Shown: positions 37,829 to 47,605 of the stretch, one piece after another
How the letters are laid out: the number at the start of each line of letters is the position of its first letter
Position numbering within the stretch: position 1 is the first letter of the stretch
Virus record (IMG/VR): IMGVR_UViG_3300020190_004289
Span: 1-62,123 of that record
DNA length: 62,123 bases
Strand: one strand, 5' to 3'
Origin: a virus
Taxonomy: Duplodnaviria > Caudoviricetes
Program-made: the position numbers and the translations under genes
The notes under the pieces: model-generated
Told to the model about the DNA's origin: nothing
Database searches by the model: none
Seen by the model: the letters and a program-made list of their open reading frames with translations, nothing else

Positions 37829-39985
37829 ATGCCATCAATTATTTTAAGACAATCTAGCGTTATTAGTGATCCTTTAGCAACAATTAAAGGTTCTCCATTA
37901 CTTAATTCTGAAATAGATAACAATTTTGCTAATATTAATATATCTATTGGAAATTTGAACAACTTATCTACTCTTGGTAAATCAAATATAGTTATTTCAA
38001 TAAACGAAGTAAGTTCTAATATAGGACTGTTATCAGATTTAATAACATCTAATACTGGTAATTTAGTTTTTGCTATTAATGAAATAAAACAGAATGTAAA
38101 TACTTCAATAGTTGTTGAAGCTTCAAGACTAGTGGACAATTCTATAACTTCCGCTAAGCTAGCACCCGATAGTATAATTTCAGAAAAAATTGCTGATTCC
38201 AACATTACAACATCTAAATTAGCAGATGATAGTATTACAACATCTAAATTAGCAGATAGTAGTATTACAACATCTAAATTAGCAGATGATAGTATTACAA
38301 CATCTAAAATTGTAAACAATTCTGTAACTACAGCTAAAATAGCCAGCACCGGTGTAGTGGCTGCCTTGTATGGAAATGCAACTAGAATTCCTCAAATTAC
38401 TGTTGGATCAGACGGAAGAATCACTTCATTATCTAATGTTGAAATTAGCGGAGCAGGATTTACCAATTTAAATGCAGATAGCATTACTTCAGGTACATTA
38501 GTAGCTGAAAGAGGAGGTACAGCACAAAGCAGCTGGACTACTGGACAAATGCTTTATGCGTCTGGTATTAACACATTAGCCAAATTAGCTATTGGAACGA
38601 GTGGACAAATACTATCCGTATCTGCTGGAGGAATTCCGGCTTGGATTAATGACACAGCTGGGGTTTCTTCTGTTGATTTATCTGGTGGTACTACAGGACT
38701 TTTAGTGACAGGGGGACCTATTCTTTCTTCTGGAACAATGACTTTAAGTGGAACTTTAGCTGTTGCTAACGGTGGTACGGGCTCAACATCAACTACTTAC
38801 TGCAGTTTAACAACAAATGTCTCTGGAACACTTCCTATTGTTAACGGTGGTACAGGCACTTCATCAACTGCTTACTGTAGTTTAACTACAAACGTTAGTG
38901 GCACTTTACCCGCAATCAGAGGTGGAACTGGGTTTGATCAGTATACGGCAGGTCAAATATTGTATGCATCGAGTACTACAGCCCTTACAAGATTAGGAAT
39001 TGGAACAGAAGGTCATTTCTTAAAAGTAGTTGGTGGAGTGCCTCAATGGGCTCCAGTAACTGGCACAGGTATCACTAGTCTTGGAGTATTAAATCAAGGT
39101 AGTTCTTTAGGATTAACAATACAATCTGATGTTGGAAGTACTATCACTAGCACAGGCACTCTCTCTCTAAGCTTGAATCAAGCGACGTTTAGGAGCCAGC
39201 TAGGTCTAGGTTCAATGGCAACCCAAGACACTTCAATATTAAATTCGTATGCAACAACCTCTGCTTTATCTAGTTATGCACCAGCTTCTGCGTTAAGTAG
39301 TTATGCTTCTTTAGGTAATAATAATGCATTTAATGGAACAAATACATTTAATGGTGCAGGAAATTATTACAGTGACCATCGGTTTTATGGAAAAATAAGA
39401 ACTAGTACTGGATTCGGTAGTACCTTCTCGAGTGGTGCGCCCAATCCCAGTGATTATTGGAATGCTTTTTTTCAGTCACAAGTAGCTCACCCAGCAGTCG
39501 CTGTTTATGCGCCTGGGGCGGGTTCTGTAGGTGTCGCTATTGGATGCGATACTTTTAATCTTGGACAATTAAATTATGAAGTCTATTATTACGGTACGCC
39601 AAACGCACCAGGTAATAACATAGGTGGTGTATTTAGTAGTACAGGAAATTCAGTAAATTTTGCTACTACTTCTGACTATAGACTTAAAACTGATATTGTT
39701 ACGTTAACAGGAGCAATAGCTCGAATTAAACAATTAAATCCTGTTAAATTTAAATGGAAAAGCAATTTAGAATTTGGCTATCAAGATGGATTTTTAGCTC
39801 ACGAAGTTGAACCTGTTGTTCCAGAAGCAATTACTGGAGAAAAAGACGCTGTTGATGATAAAGGAAATATTAGGGCGCAACAGATGGACGCATCTTATTT
39901 AATTCCTCTTTTAACAGCCTCTCTCAAAGAAGCTATTGCACGTATCGAAACCTTGGAAGCTCAAGTAGCTAGTTTACAAGGATAA
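37829..39985 (+). CDS. Tail fibre with C-terminal intramolecular chaperone (peptidase S74)
   Basis: KGSPL..EIDNNF N-terminus, GTLxxxxGGTG repeats, SDYRLK, GFLAHEV and a terminal coiled coil. Confidence 0.88.
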   Translation: MPSIILRQSSVISDPLATIKGSPLLNSEIDNNFANINISIGNLNNLSTLGKSNIVISINEVSSNIGLLSDLITSNTGNLVFAINEIKQNVNTSIVVEASRLVDNSITSAKLAPDSIISEKIADSNITTSKLADDSITTSKLADSSITTSKLADDSITTSKIVNNSVTTAKIASTGVVAALYGNATRIPQITVGSDGRITSLSNVEISGAGFTNLNADSITSGTLVAERGGTAQSSWTTGQMLYASGINTLAKLAIGTSGQILSVSAGGIPAWINDTAGVSSVDLSGGTTGLLVTGGPILSSGTMTLSGTLAVANGGTGSTSTTYCSLTTNVSGTLPIVNGGTGTSSTAYCSLTTNVSGTLPAIRGGTGFDQYTAGQILYASSTTALTRLGIGTEGHFLKVVGGVPQWAPVTGTGITSLGVLNQGSSLGLTIQSDVGSTITSTGTLSLSLNQATFRSQLGLGSMATQDTSILNSYATTSALSSYAPASALSSYASLGNNNAFNGTNTFNGAGNYYSDHRFYGKIRTSTGFGSTFSSGAPNPSDYWNAFFQSQVAHPAVAVYAPGAGSVGVAIGCDTFNLGQLNYEVYYYGTPNAPGNNIGGVFSSTGNSVNFATTSDYRLKTDIVTLTGAIARIKQLNPVKFKWKSNLEFGYQDGFLAHEVEPVVPEAITGEKDAVDDKGNIRAQQMDASYLIPLLTASLKEAIARIETLEAQVASLQG
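38137..38345 (+). repeat. 30-nt tandem repeat (10-aa unit ITTSKLADDS)
   Basis: Near-identical units at about 38204-38308, with degenerate flanking copies. Confidence 0.9.
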
Positions 39986-40008
39986 TAAAATATCCCACTA
40001 AGTTTTTT

Positions 40009-40035
40009 AAAAAAGGGCCTAGAAGGCCCTTTTTT
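40009..40035. terminator. Bidirectional rho-independent terminator
   Basis: AAAAAAGGGCCT-AGA-AGGCCCTTTTTT. Confidence 0.9.
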
Positions 40036-40050
40036 GTTTTTTTTCATAAG

Positions 40051-40057
40051 ATAAATA
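40051..40057 (+). promoter_or_regulatory. Late promoter
   Basis: ATAAATA between the terminator and the next SD. Confidence 0.7.
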
Positions 40058-40081
40058 TAAGGATTTTACAAGGAAATCCAA

Positions 40082-40411
40082 ATGGCCGTTACCTCAAATT
40101 TATTAATTGAGCAGGGCGCTACCTTTGCTATAACCATTAATTACAATGATGATCTTGGTAATCCCAATGATCTTACTTCCTATACAGCGCAGTCAAAAAT
40201 GCGCAGATCATTTTATTCTGCCAATTCAACCGCACTAACAGCCAGTATCACCAACCCTGCAAATGGAGAGATTGTTCTTTCCATGACAGCAGCAAACACT
40301 GCAAATTTAAGACCAGGTCGTTATGTATATGATCTGGAAGTATCAAATGCCTCTCAAACTTTAAGAGTAATTGAGGGAATTATTACTGTACTTCCAGAGG
40401 TTACAAGATAA
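40082..40411 (+). CDS. Small conserved virion/fibre-associated protein
   Basis: IEQGATF, DLTSYTA, GRYVYDLE and RVIEGIITV.PEVT. Confidence 0.8.
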   Translation: MAVTSNLLIEQGATFAITINYNDDLGNPNDLTSYTAQSKMRRSFYSANSTALTASITNPANGEIVLSMTAANTANLRPGRYVYDLEVSNASQTLRVIEGIITVLPEVTR

Positions 40412-43400
40412 ATGACTGTAAAAGTTAGAGGTTCCAAAGGAACTACAATTTCTGTAACACCAGATTTACAGAAAGAAGCTTCTATTGTAATTAGAAGAAG
40501 TACAGATGCTGATTTATTTCTAAGAAATTTAGCTGATGTAAGCAATACGGTTCTTCAAGACGGATATGTAATTGTATATAATTCAAATACAAATCTGTTT
40601 CAAGGAAATTCAGCAGTTGATGTTTTTAATCAAGTAGCTGGTAATCCCTTATCTAATGTCCTTTCAGGCAATGGCATAGTAATTACAAACTATGAACCAT
40701 ACTTAGGAACAAGATCACCTCTTATTAACCTTAAAGATTCTGGTGTTGTTTCTGGAGTTTATGGTAATACCTCTCCTACAATTTTAATACCAGTAGCAAA
40801 TGTTGATCGATATGGCCGAATTGTTAGCATTGCAAATCAGGGTATAGCTAATGCAGAAGTAAGAGTAGCTAATTTAATCGTAACTGGAACTATTTTAGCT
40901 GAAGGCAATTCTGTTACAGCTGCTACTGGTATCTTTACTAATAACGTTTTAACAAACGTATTTACTGCTAACAATGCTTATCTTGCGAACACTTCAACAT
41001 TAGTAATTCAAGGTAATAACGCCTACTTTACTAACTTAAGCGCAACCTCTGTACTTTTAAATAGCTTATCCGGTAATACAGCTAATTTTACTTCTAACGT
41101 ATTATTAGGAAATGTACTCACATCAAGAGTACAAGCTACTTCTGGTACATTTACTGATAACGTTACCACTACAGTTGTAAGTGCTAATAGTGTTTATTCT
41201 GGTAATATAGCTTCAAATGAACTCTCCTCCTTTACAGTCAAAGTTGGAAACGTTCAAGGCAATACTGCTAGCTTTACATCCAATGTTTCTACCGGCAATT
41301 TATTAACTTCAAGGATACAAGCTACTTCAGGAAATTTTTCTGAAAATGTTAATACTGTAGTTGTTAGCTCAAATAATATTTTTTCAGGCAATTTAGATTC
41401 CGATGTTATTTCAGCTAATAATGTTTACTTAACAGACTTACAAGGTTCTACTTCGACCTTTACTGGTAATGTTTCTACTGGTAATATTTCATCAAGTCGT
41501 ATAGAAGCTGTTTCGGGATCATTTTCTAATAATGTCACCACAAACGTAGTAAGCACTCAAAGTTTGTATACAGCTAACGCTGATACAGAAATACTTAATT
41601 TTACAACCGGTTACGGTTCAAACGTAGTAGTTGAAACTTTATTTGTAAACAATGCTAGTTTCTCATCTAATGTAGTTGCTGGAAATATATCTACCGGAAG
41701 AGTAGAGGGAACGTCAGCACATTTTGCAGACAATGTAGTTACAGGAAATGTAAGTGCACTAAACCTGTATTCTTTAAGATTAGATACACAAAACGTTTCT
41801 ACTACATCATTAAGTACAAATTCCGCCTACTCCAACGCCCTTTACACAAACGAAATAACTTCAACTGTTGGTACATTTTATGCTAATGTAAATACAGGAA
41901 ATATTTCTACTAACAGATTAGAAGCAGTATCTGGTAATTTTTCTGGTAATCTTACTTCTGATAGTATTCATACTGGACCAGTTTACGCTACCACGGGAAA
42001 TTATTCCGGCAATGTTGCAACAGGCAACATAGCTACCAACCGTTTAGAGGCTGTATCAGCAAGTTTTACAGGCAATGCTACTGTTGGTAATCTATATGCT
42101 GAAAACTTTGTTACTCCAAATCTGTTGGCGTATTATGGAAATTTTGCTCAAAATTTAATTTCTGCAACATTCCACACCAATCACATATTCTCATCAAATA
42201 TTGATTCGGGGAATGTTAATACTAATTACGTATATGGTATTGGTGCAGATTTTGTTCAAAATGTATCAGCTGGTAATCTAAATGCTTCACAAACTGTTAC
42301 GACTAACGATCTTAGAGTATTAGGTTCTCTTTACTCTAACGATATTACTGCAGACTTTGTTGTAGTTCAAGGTAACCTGTTTGTACAGGGAACTACTACA
42401 ACGATCAATACCGAAGAAATTGCATTAGCTGATAACAAGATAGTTATTAATAGCAATCAAACTGGTGTTCCCGTAGAAGATGCTGCTATTGTTGTTAATA
42501 GGGGAAATCAAGCTAACGTCGAAGTACTTTGGGATGAAACCTATAATGTTTGGAAATTTACAAACGACGGTAACGTTTACTATCTAATTCCAACTACAAC
42601 ATCAGATTTAATAGAGGGAGCAAATCTTTATTATACAAATGCTAGAGTTCACGCTTCATTATCTGTAAATGATATTGGTGGTGATGGGGAATTAGTTTAC
42701 AATTCAGCAAACGGTTTATTCACATACAGAGGTCCTTCCTCTTCAGAAGTAAGAGCTCATTTAAGCGCAGCTGATCTTGGTGGCGATGGGTCTTTTAGCT
42801 ATGATAATACTACAGGTGTATTTAGCTATACTGGACCAAGTAATGCTGAGGTTAGAGCACACCTTAGTGCTGCAGATTTAGGTGGCGATGGATCTTTTAG
42901 CTATGATAATACTACAGGTGTATTCAGCTATACTGGACCAAGTGCTAGTGAAGTAAGAGCTCATCTATCAGCAGGAATTGGTTTAAATTACGATAACACC
43001 TCTGGTCAATTCAGGCTAGCAAACACCTCTGTAACTGCTGGTACGTACGGAAATTCAATATTAATTCCTATCTTTACAGTAGATGATCAAGGTAGAATTT
43101 CCAATGTACAAACTACATTAGTTGCTGGTGTATCTAATTTCACAGCTAACGGCAATGTTTTTACAATCTTTACTACTTCTGGTCAGACATTTACTGCCTC
43201 TATTCAACCTAATTCAGTAGCTCTTGGCAGAGACACTTATGGTGATTATGTTTCTAATTTAACAGCTGGTATAGGCGTCACGGTTTTAAACAACACAGGA
43301 GAAGGATCAAATGTTACAGTAAGGATAGGGCAGAATGTTGATCCTACTGCTACTGTAACCTTCTCTAATGTTTCTGCACATACCTTTAATGGAAACATAG

Positions 43401-46099
43401 TAGGTAATTTTGGAAACATTAAAAATCTAGTTGGCGCTACAATAAATTTAACCGGTGACATAACTGCAAATAGTTTCTTTACAAATGTAATTGAAACAAC
43501 TGTTATTACATCTAATAATATATTTGCTAATTCAATTACTCTCACTGACTATGTAAGCGCAGCTAATGCTACCTTCTCTAGCAATTTAGGTACTGGTAAT
43601 TTATTTGTATCTGGTAATACTAATATAAAAGATTTGTGGGTATATGGTGAAGCACATTTCTACGGAAACGTAACAACCTACGAAGCAAACAATTTATCTA
43701 TTTCTGATAATATGATTTTCCTTAACCAGGGAAATCAAAATACTAATCCAGATATTGGTTTTGCATTTAATTACAACGATGGAATTTATCGGCATGGTGG
43801 CTTCTTTAGAGATGCCTCAGATGGAAACTTTAAAGTATTTGATCAATATGAGCCAGAACCTCAAAACTCCCAATTTATTGATACAGCAAACACTACATTT
43901 CACCTTGCTAATTTACAAGCAACAACATTCATAGGCAATTTGCAGGGAGATGTTTATGGTACGGTTAGTTCATTAGCTAATCATACTACTAGCAATGTAG
44001 CCGAAGGTGCAAATCTCTACTTTACCAATAATAGAGTATATTCAAATGTAATCGCTTTAAACTACATTACTAATGCCGCTCTTGTAGGCTATGCAACTAA
44101 CGCTGAAATTGCGTTAAAAGCCAATATTACTGACCTCAACACATCTAATGTAGTAGAGGGTGTAAATCTTTATTTTACTACAGCAAGAGCGAGAGAATCT
44201 ATTTCAGTATCTGGAGCTGGTTTATATGATAATACAACTGGTTTAATTACAATCATAGGTGGCGTTTCTTCTGTTGGTGGCTCTACTGGAAATATCACTA
44301 ATGCCCAGTTAGCATCCTTTATAGTAGACTCCGGGCTTCTAACAACATCAAATGTATCTGAAGGTGCAAATCTTTACTTTACAAACGTTAGAGCGGTCGA
44401 GGCAGTTCAAAACACTAATCCTATCTTTAATGATGTAATAGTACAGGGTTCTTTATTCTCTAACGACATTACAGCAGATAACGTTGTTATTCAAGGCAAT
44501 TTGTTTGTCCAAGGCACCACAACTAGCATTCAAACTAATGAGCTGTCAATAGATGATAATAAGATTACTCTTAATAGTAATGTAACAGGTGCTCCAATTC
44601 TTGATGCAGGAATTATTGTTAATCGAGGATCAAATGCTAATGTAGAACTTCAGTGGAATGAGTCAATTGATAGATGGCAATTTACAAACGACGGTGCTGT
44701 ATATTATTTAATTCCAACATCTACTAGTGATTTACAAGAAGGAGCAAATCTTTATTTTACTACCCAACGCTCGAGAGATTCTATATCTGCTGGCGTTGGA
44801 ATAAACTATGACAATACTTCTGGTGTAGTAAGATTAGCTAATACCACAGTAATTGCAAACACTTACGGTAATGGTATTTCAATTCCAGTAATTACTGTTG
44901 ATGACCAAGGTAGGATCACCAACGTCTCAACTGCATTGGTAGCTGGAGTAAGTAGTTTTACTACAAACGCTAATACACTAACAATTGTTACTTCCGCTGG
45001 TTCTTCTTTCCAGGCTAATTTAGATCCAGACCTAATAGTTTCATCTACACCTCCAACCCCTGCCTATCAGGGATTAACCTGGATAGATAGCAACACTGGT
45101 AAGAGATTTGAATTCTTTGGAGATGAGGATTCTTTCCAGTGGGTTGAATTAATTTCTGATGGTGTAATTCCAATAACTAGCAATGCCTCCGTTCAATCTG
45201 TAAACGGATTAGTTGGATTAGTATCACTTACAACCACCAATATACCAGAAGGAGCTAATCTTTATCATTCCAATACAAGAGTAGTTACTGCTCTTACTGG
45301 TGGTACTGGGATTGAAATATCCTCTAATGGTTTAATTACAGCAAACGTAGGAGTAATAGGTGGTGGTAGTGTTACATCTGTCAACGGATTGGTAGGTGCC
45401 GTAAATCTAGTTACAGCCAATATTAATGAAGTTAATAACCTCTACTTTACAAATGCAAGAGTCCAAACTTATTTAGAAACTGTTGGTAATATTATTCCTA
45501 GTGGAAACAATATTCAAACTTTAGGTTCACCAACTAAGCGGTTTAAAGACCTATACATCTCAGGCAATTCAATTTACTTAGGTAGTGTTGTACTTTCTTC
45601 ATCCGACAATGGAAAGTTTAGAGTTACTAGCCAATCTACCACTACAAATTTAATTTCTGACACAGATTTAACTACAGCCAATGTTGCAGAAGTTACTAAT
45701 CTCTACTTTACAAACACTAGAGCTATATCTGCCCTATCTGAAGGTTCTGGCATAAATATAGACGCAAATGGTTTAATTACTGCAACAGTTACTGCAGGAG
45801 CAGTAAACTCATTTAATAATATATCTGTTGTAAATGGCACAGAAGGCAATATAGTAGCTTCTGGTTCAGATACATTAAAGATTCAAACAACAGGTTTAAT
45901 TACCGCTAATACCAATCCATCGACTAAAACTCTTTCGTTTACTATTGGTGGCAATTTCCCGTTTTTTGATAGTAATGGATCACAAAATAATATAGCTTTG
46001 CGAGTAGCTGATTCGACAGTTCAGAATTCTGTGAGTTTTATTTACCTTCCATTCTCAAAAAGTGATGGAACACCTGTTAATACATTAAGGTATCAATAA
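40412..46099 (+). CDS. Giant Asn/Ser/Thr-rich tail fibre (1895 aa)
   Basis: Repeated EGxNLYFTxxR modules, GTYG..IP.ITVDDQGRI modules and beta-rich GN/AN/SN repeats. Confidence 0.85.
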   Translation: MTVKVRGSKGTTISVTPDLQKEASIVIRRSTDADLFLRNLADVSNTVLQDGYVIVYNSNTNLFQGNSAVDVFNQVAGNPLSNVLSGNGIVITNYEPYLGTRSPLINLKDSGVVSGVYGNTSPTILIPVANVDRYGRIVSIANQGIANAEVRVANLIVTGTILAEGNSVTAATGIFTNNVLTNVFTANNAYLANTSTLVIQGNNAYFTNLSATSVLLNSLSGNTANFTSNVLLGNVLTSRVQATSGTFTDNVTTTVVSANSVYSGNIASNELSSFTVKVGNVQGNTASFTSNVSTGNLLTSRIQATSGNFSENVNTVVVSSNNIFSGNLDSDVISANNVYLTDLQGSTSTFTGNVSTGNISSSRIEAVSGSFSNNVTTNVVSTQSLYTANADTEILNFTTGYGSNVVVETLFVNNASFSSNVVAGNISTGRVEGTSAHFADNVVTGNVSALNLYSLRLDTQNVSTTSLSTNSAYSNALYTNEITSTVGTFYANVNTGNISTNRLEAVSGNFSGNLTSDSIHTGPVYATTGNYSGNVATGNIATNRLEAVSASFTGNATVGNLYAENFVTPNLLAYYGNFAQNLISATFHTNHIFSSNIDSGNVNTNYVYGIGADFVQNVSAGNLNASQTVTTNDLRVLGSLYSNDITADFVVVQGNLFVQGTTTTINTEEIALADNKIVINSNQTGVPVEDAAIVVNRGNQANVEVLWDETYNVWKFTNDGNVYYLIPTTTSDLIEGANLYYTNARVHASLSVNDIGGDGELVYNSANGLFTYRGPSSSEVRAHLSAADLGGDGSFSYDNTTGVFSYTGPSNAEVRAHLSAADLGGDGSFSYDNTTGVFSYTGPSASEVRAHLSAGIGLNYDNTSGQFRLANTSVTAGTYGNSILIPIFTVDDQGRISNVQTTLVAGVSNFTANGNVFTIFTTSGQTFTASIQPNSVALGRDTYGDYVSNLTAGIGVTVLNNTGEGSNVTVRIGQNVDPTATVTFSNVSAHTFNGNIVGNFGNIKNLVGATINLTGDITANSFFTNVIETTVITSNNIFANSITLTDYVSAANATFSSNLGTGNLFVSGNTNIKDLWVYGEAHFYGNVTTYEANNLSISDNMIFLNQGNQNTNPDIGFAFNYNDGIYRHGGFFRDASDGNFKVFDQYEPEPQNSQFIDTANTTFHLANLQATTFIGNLQGDVYGTVSSLANHTTSNVAEGANLYFTNNRVYSNVIALNYITNAALVGYATNAEIALKANITDLNTSNVVEGVNLYFTTARARESISVSGAGLYDNTTGLITIIGGVSSVGGSTGNITNAQLASFIVDSGLLTTSNVSEGANLYFTNVRAVEAVQNTNPIFNDVIVQGSLFSNDITADNVVIQGNLFVQGTTTSIQTNELSIDDNKITLNSNVTGAPILDAGIIVNRGSNANVELQWNESIDRWQFTNDGAVYYLIPTSTSDLQEGANLYFTTQRSRDSISAGVGINYDNTSGVVRLANTTVIANTYGNGISIPVITVDDQGRITNVSTALVAGVSSFTTNANTLTIVTSAGSSFQANLDPDLIVSSTPPTPAYQGLTWIDSNTGKRFEFFGDEDSFQWVELISDGVIPITSNASVQSVNGLVGLVSLTTTNIPEGANLYHSNTRVVTALTGGTGIEISSNGLITANVGVIGGGSVTSVNGLVGAVNLVTANINEVNNLYFTNARVQTYLETVGNIIPSGNNIQTLGSPTKRFKDLYISGNSIYLGSVVLSSSDNGKFRVTSQSTTTNLISDTDLTTANVAEVTNLYFTNTRAISALSEGSGINIDANGLITATVTAGAVNSFNNISVVNGTEGNIVASGSDTLKIQTTGLITANTNPSTKTLSFTIGGNFPFFDSNGSQNNIALRVADSTVQNSVSFIYLPFSKSDGTPVNTLRYQ
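42746..42970 (+). repeat. 102-nt tandem repeat (34-aa unit EVRAHLSAADLGGDGSFSYDNTTGVFSYTGPSxx)
   Basis: GGTGGCGATGG recurs at 42779 and 42881; a degenerate copy lies upstream. Confidence 0.9.
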
Positions 46100-47605
46100 A
46101 TGGCTAACCAAATACCTGTAAAGGCAATTTACACAGCTTCAAACGTTACATCGCTTGGAGAATATATTTCTGGCGATACAATTTCAACAACATACACAGA
46201 CGCTAAAGTATCAAGTGTAGGTGGTGTAGAAGGAACAGTATCTAATGCTCAACTTGCTTCGGGAATCACTACTTCTGGTATACTTACAACTGCAAATGTA
46301 AGTGAAGTAACAAATCTCTACTATACTAACGCTAGAGTATATGCTAACGTTGAGTCAATTGGCTATGCTTCTAATAGTTATGTAAACACAAGGCTGCTTA
46401 CTAAGGCAAATGTAGCCGACCTTACAACTAGTAATGTTTCAGAAGAAAGTAATTTATACTTTACTAATGCAAGGGTCTATGCTAATGTTACAGCTTTAAA
46501 CTATGCTACTACTTCACATGTTGCTAGTGAAATAGCTAATTTAGTAAATTCTGCTCCGTCTACACTTGACACTTTAAACGAATTAGCTTCTGCATTAAAT
46601 AATGACCCTAGCTTCGCAACGACAACTGCAACATTAATTGGCAATTCGTTTAATCAAGCCAATGCTGCTTTTGCAGCTGCTAATACCAAAGTTTCAACAG
46701 TCGCTGGCGTAACATCAACGACCATATCTAATTCAGTAATTGCAAGCGGTATTTCGCAAACAGGCATTTTAACTACCGCAAACGTTTCAGAGGTTACAAA
46801 TCTCTACTTCTCCAACGCAAGGGCAATACTTGCTTCTATTCCTGCAGTATCTCAAATTAATGTTACTGCACCTGGATTTTATTATGCAATGGATTCTTAC
46901 TCCGGTAATAATCCTACTGTTTATGTTACTGCTGGTGAAACTATATCATTTAATCTCAATGTTGTAGGCCATCCTTTTTATATTAGAGTATCTGCTGGTG
47001 GATCTAATTATAATACAGGCTTAACTCATGTAGATAACAATGGAACAATATCAATAGGATCCAGCGCTCAAGGTAAAACTACTGGAGTTTTATTTTGGAA
47101 GATACCATATGAATTAGGTAGTAACAACTATGTATATCAATGTGGTTTTCACCCAACAAGTATGGTTGGTGATATTGTTATTTCTACTGTACTGACAACT
47201 AATATCAGCGTCCAATTTGGATCATTAGGAGTTGGTACTGCTCCTTCAAATACTGCTGGAGAAATAAGGGCCACTAATGATATTACTGCCTTTTATAGTT
47301 CTGATAAAAAGTACAAAGAAAATGTCCAACCAATTCAAAATGCATTAGAAATAATTAAAAATATTGGTGGTAAAACATTTGATTGGACGGATGAGTATAT
47401 AAAATCTCATGGTGGTGAAGATGGTTATTTTGTTCGTAAGAATGACTATGGAGTAATAGCTCAGGATGTTGAAAAAATATTTCCTTTAGCAGTTAGAAAG
47501 AGAGAGGATGGATCTTTGGCTGTAGATTATTCTCGTTTAAGTGCTCTAGCATTTGCTGCAATTATAGAGCTCGCTGAGGAAATTAATAAATTAAAGAATA
47601 AGTAA
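46100..47605 (+). CDS. Tail fibre with cupredoxin-like domain and S74 chaperone
   Basis: NLYxTNAR repeats, APSTLDTLNELA, GHPFYI...YQCGFHPTSM, SSDKKYK and GVIAQDVE. Confidence 0.85.
   Translation: MANQIPVKAIYTASNVTSLGEYISGDTISTTYTDAKVSSVGGVEGTVSNAQLASGITTSGILTTANVSEVTNLYYTNARVYANVESIGYASNSYVNTRLLTKANVADLTTSNVSEESNLYFTNARVYANVTALNYATTSHVASEIANLVNSAPSTLDTLNELASALNNDPSFATTTATLIGNSFNQANAAFAAANTKVSTVAGVTSTTISNSVIASGISQTGILTTANVSEVTNLYFSNARAILASIPAVSQINVTAPGFYYAMDSYSGNNPTVYVTAGETISFNLNVVGHPFYIRVSAGGSNYNTGLTHVDNNGTISIGSSAQGKTTGVLFWKIPYELGSNNYVYQCGFHPTSMVGDIVISTVLTTNISVQFGSLGVGTAPSNTAGEIRATNDITAFYSSDKKYKENVQPIQNALEIIKNIGGKTFDWTDEYIKSHGGEDGYFVRKNDYGVIAQDVEKIFPLAVRKREDGSLAVDYSRLSALAFAAIIELAEEINKLKNK

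Noticed and set aside
37825-38349. 174-aa minus-strand repetitive ORF
   Set aside because: It is the antisense read of the 30-nt fibre repeat and has no SD.
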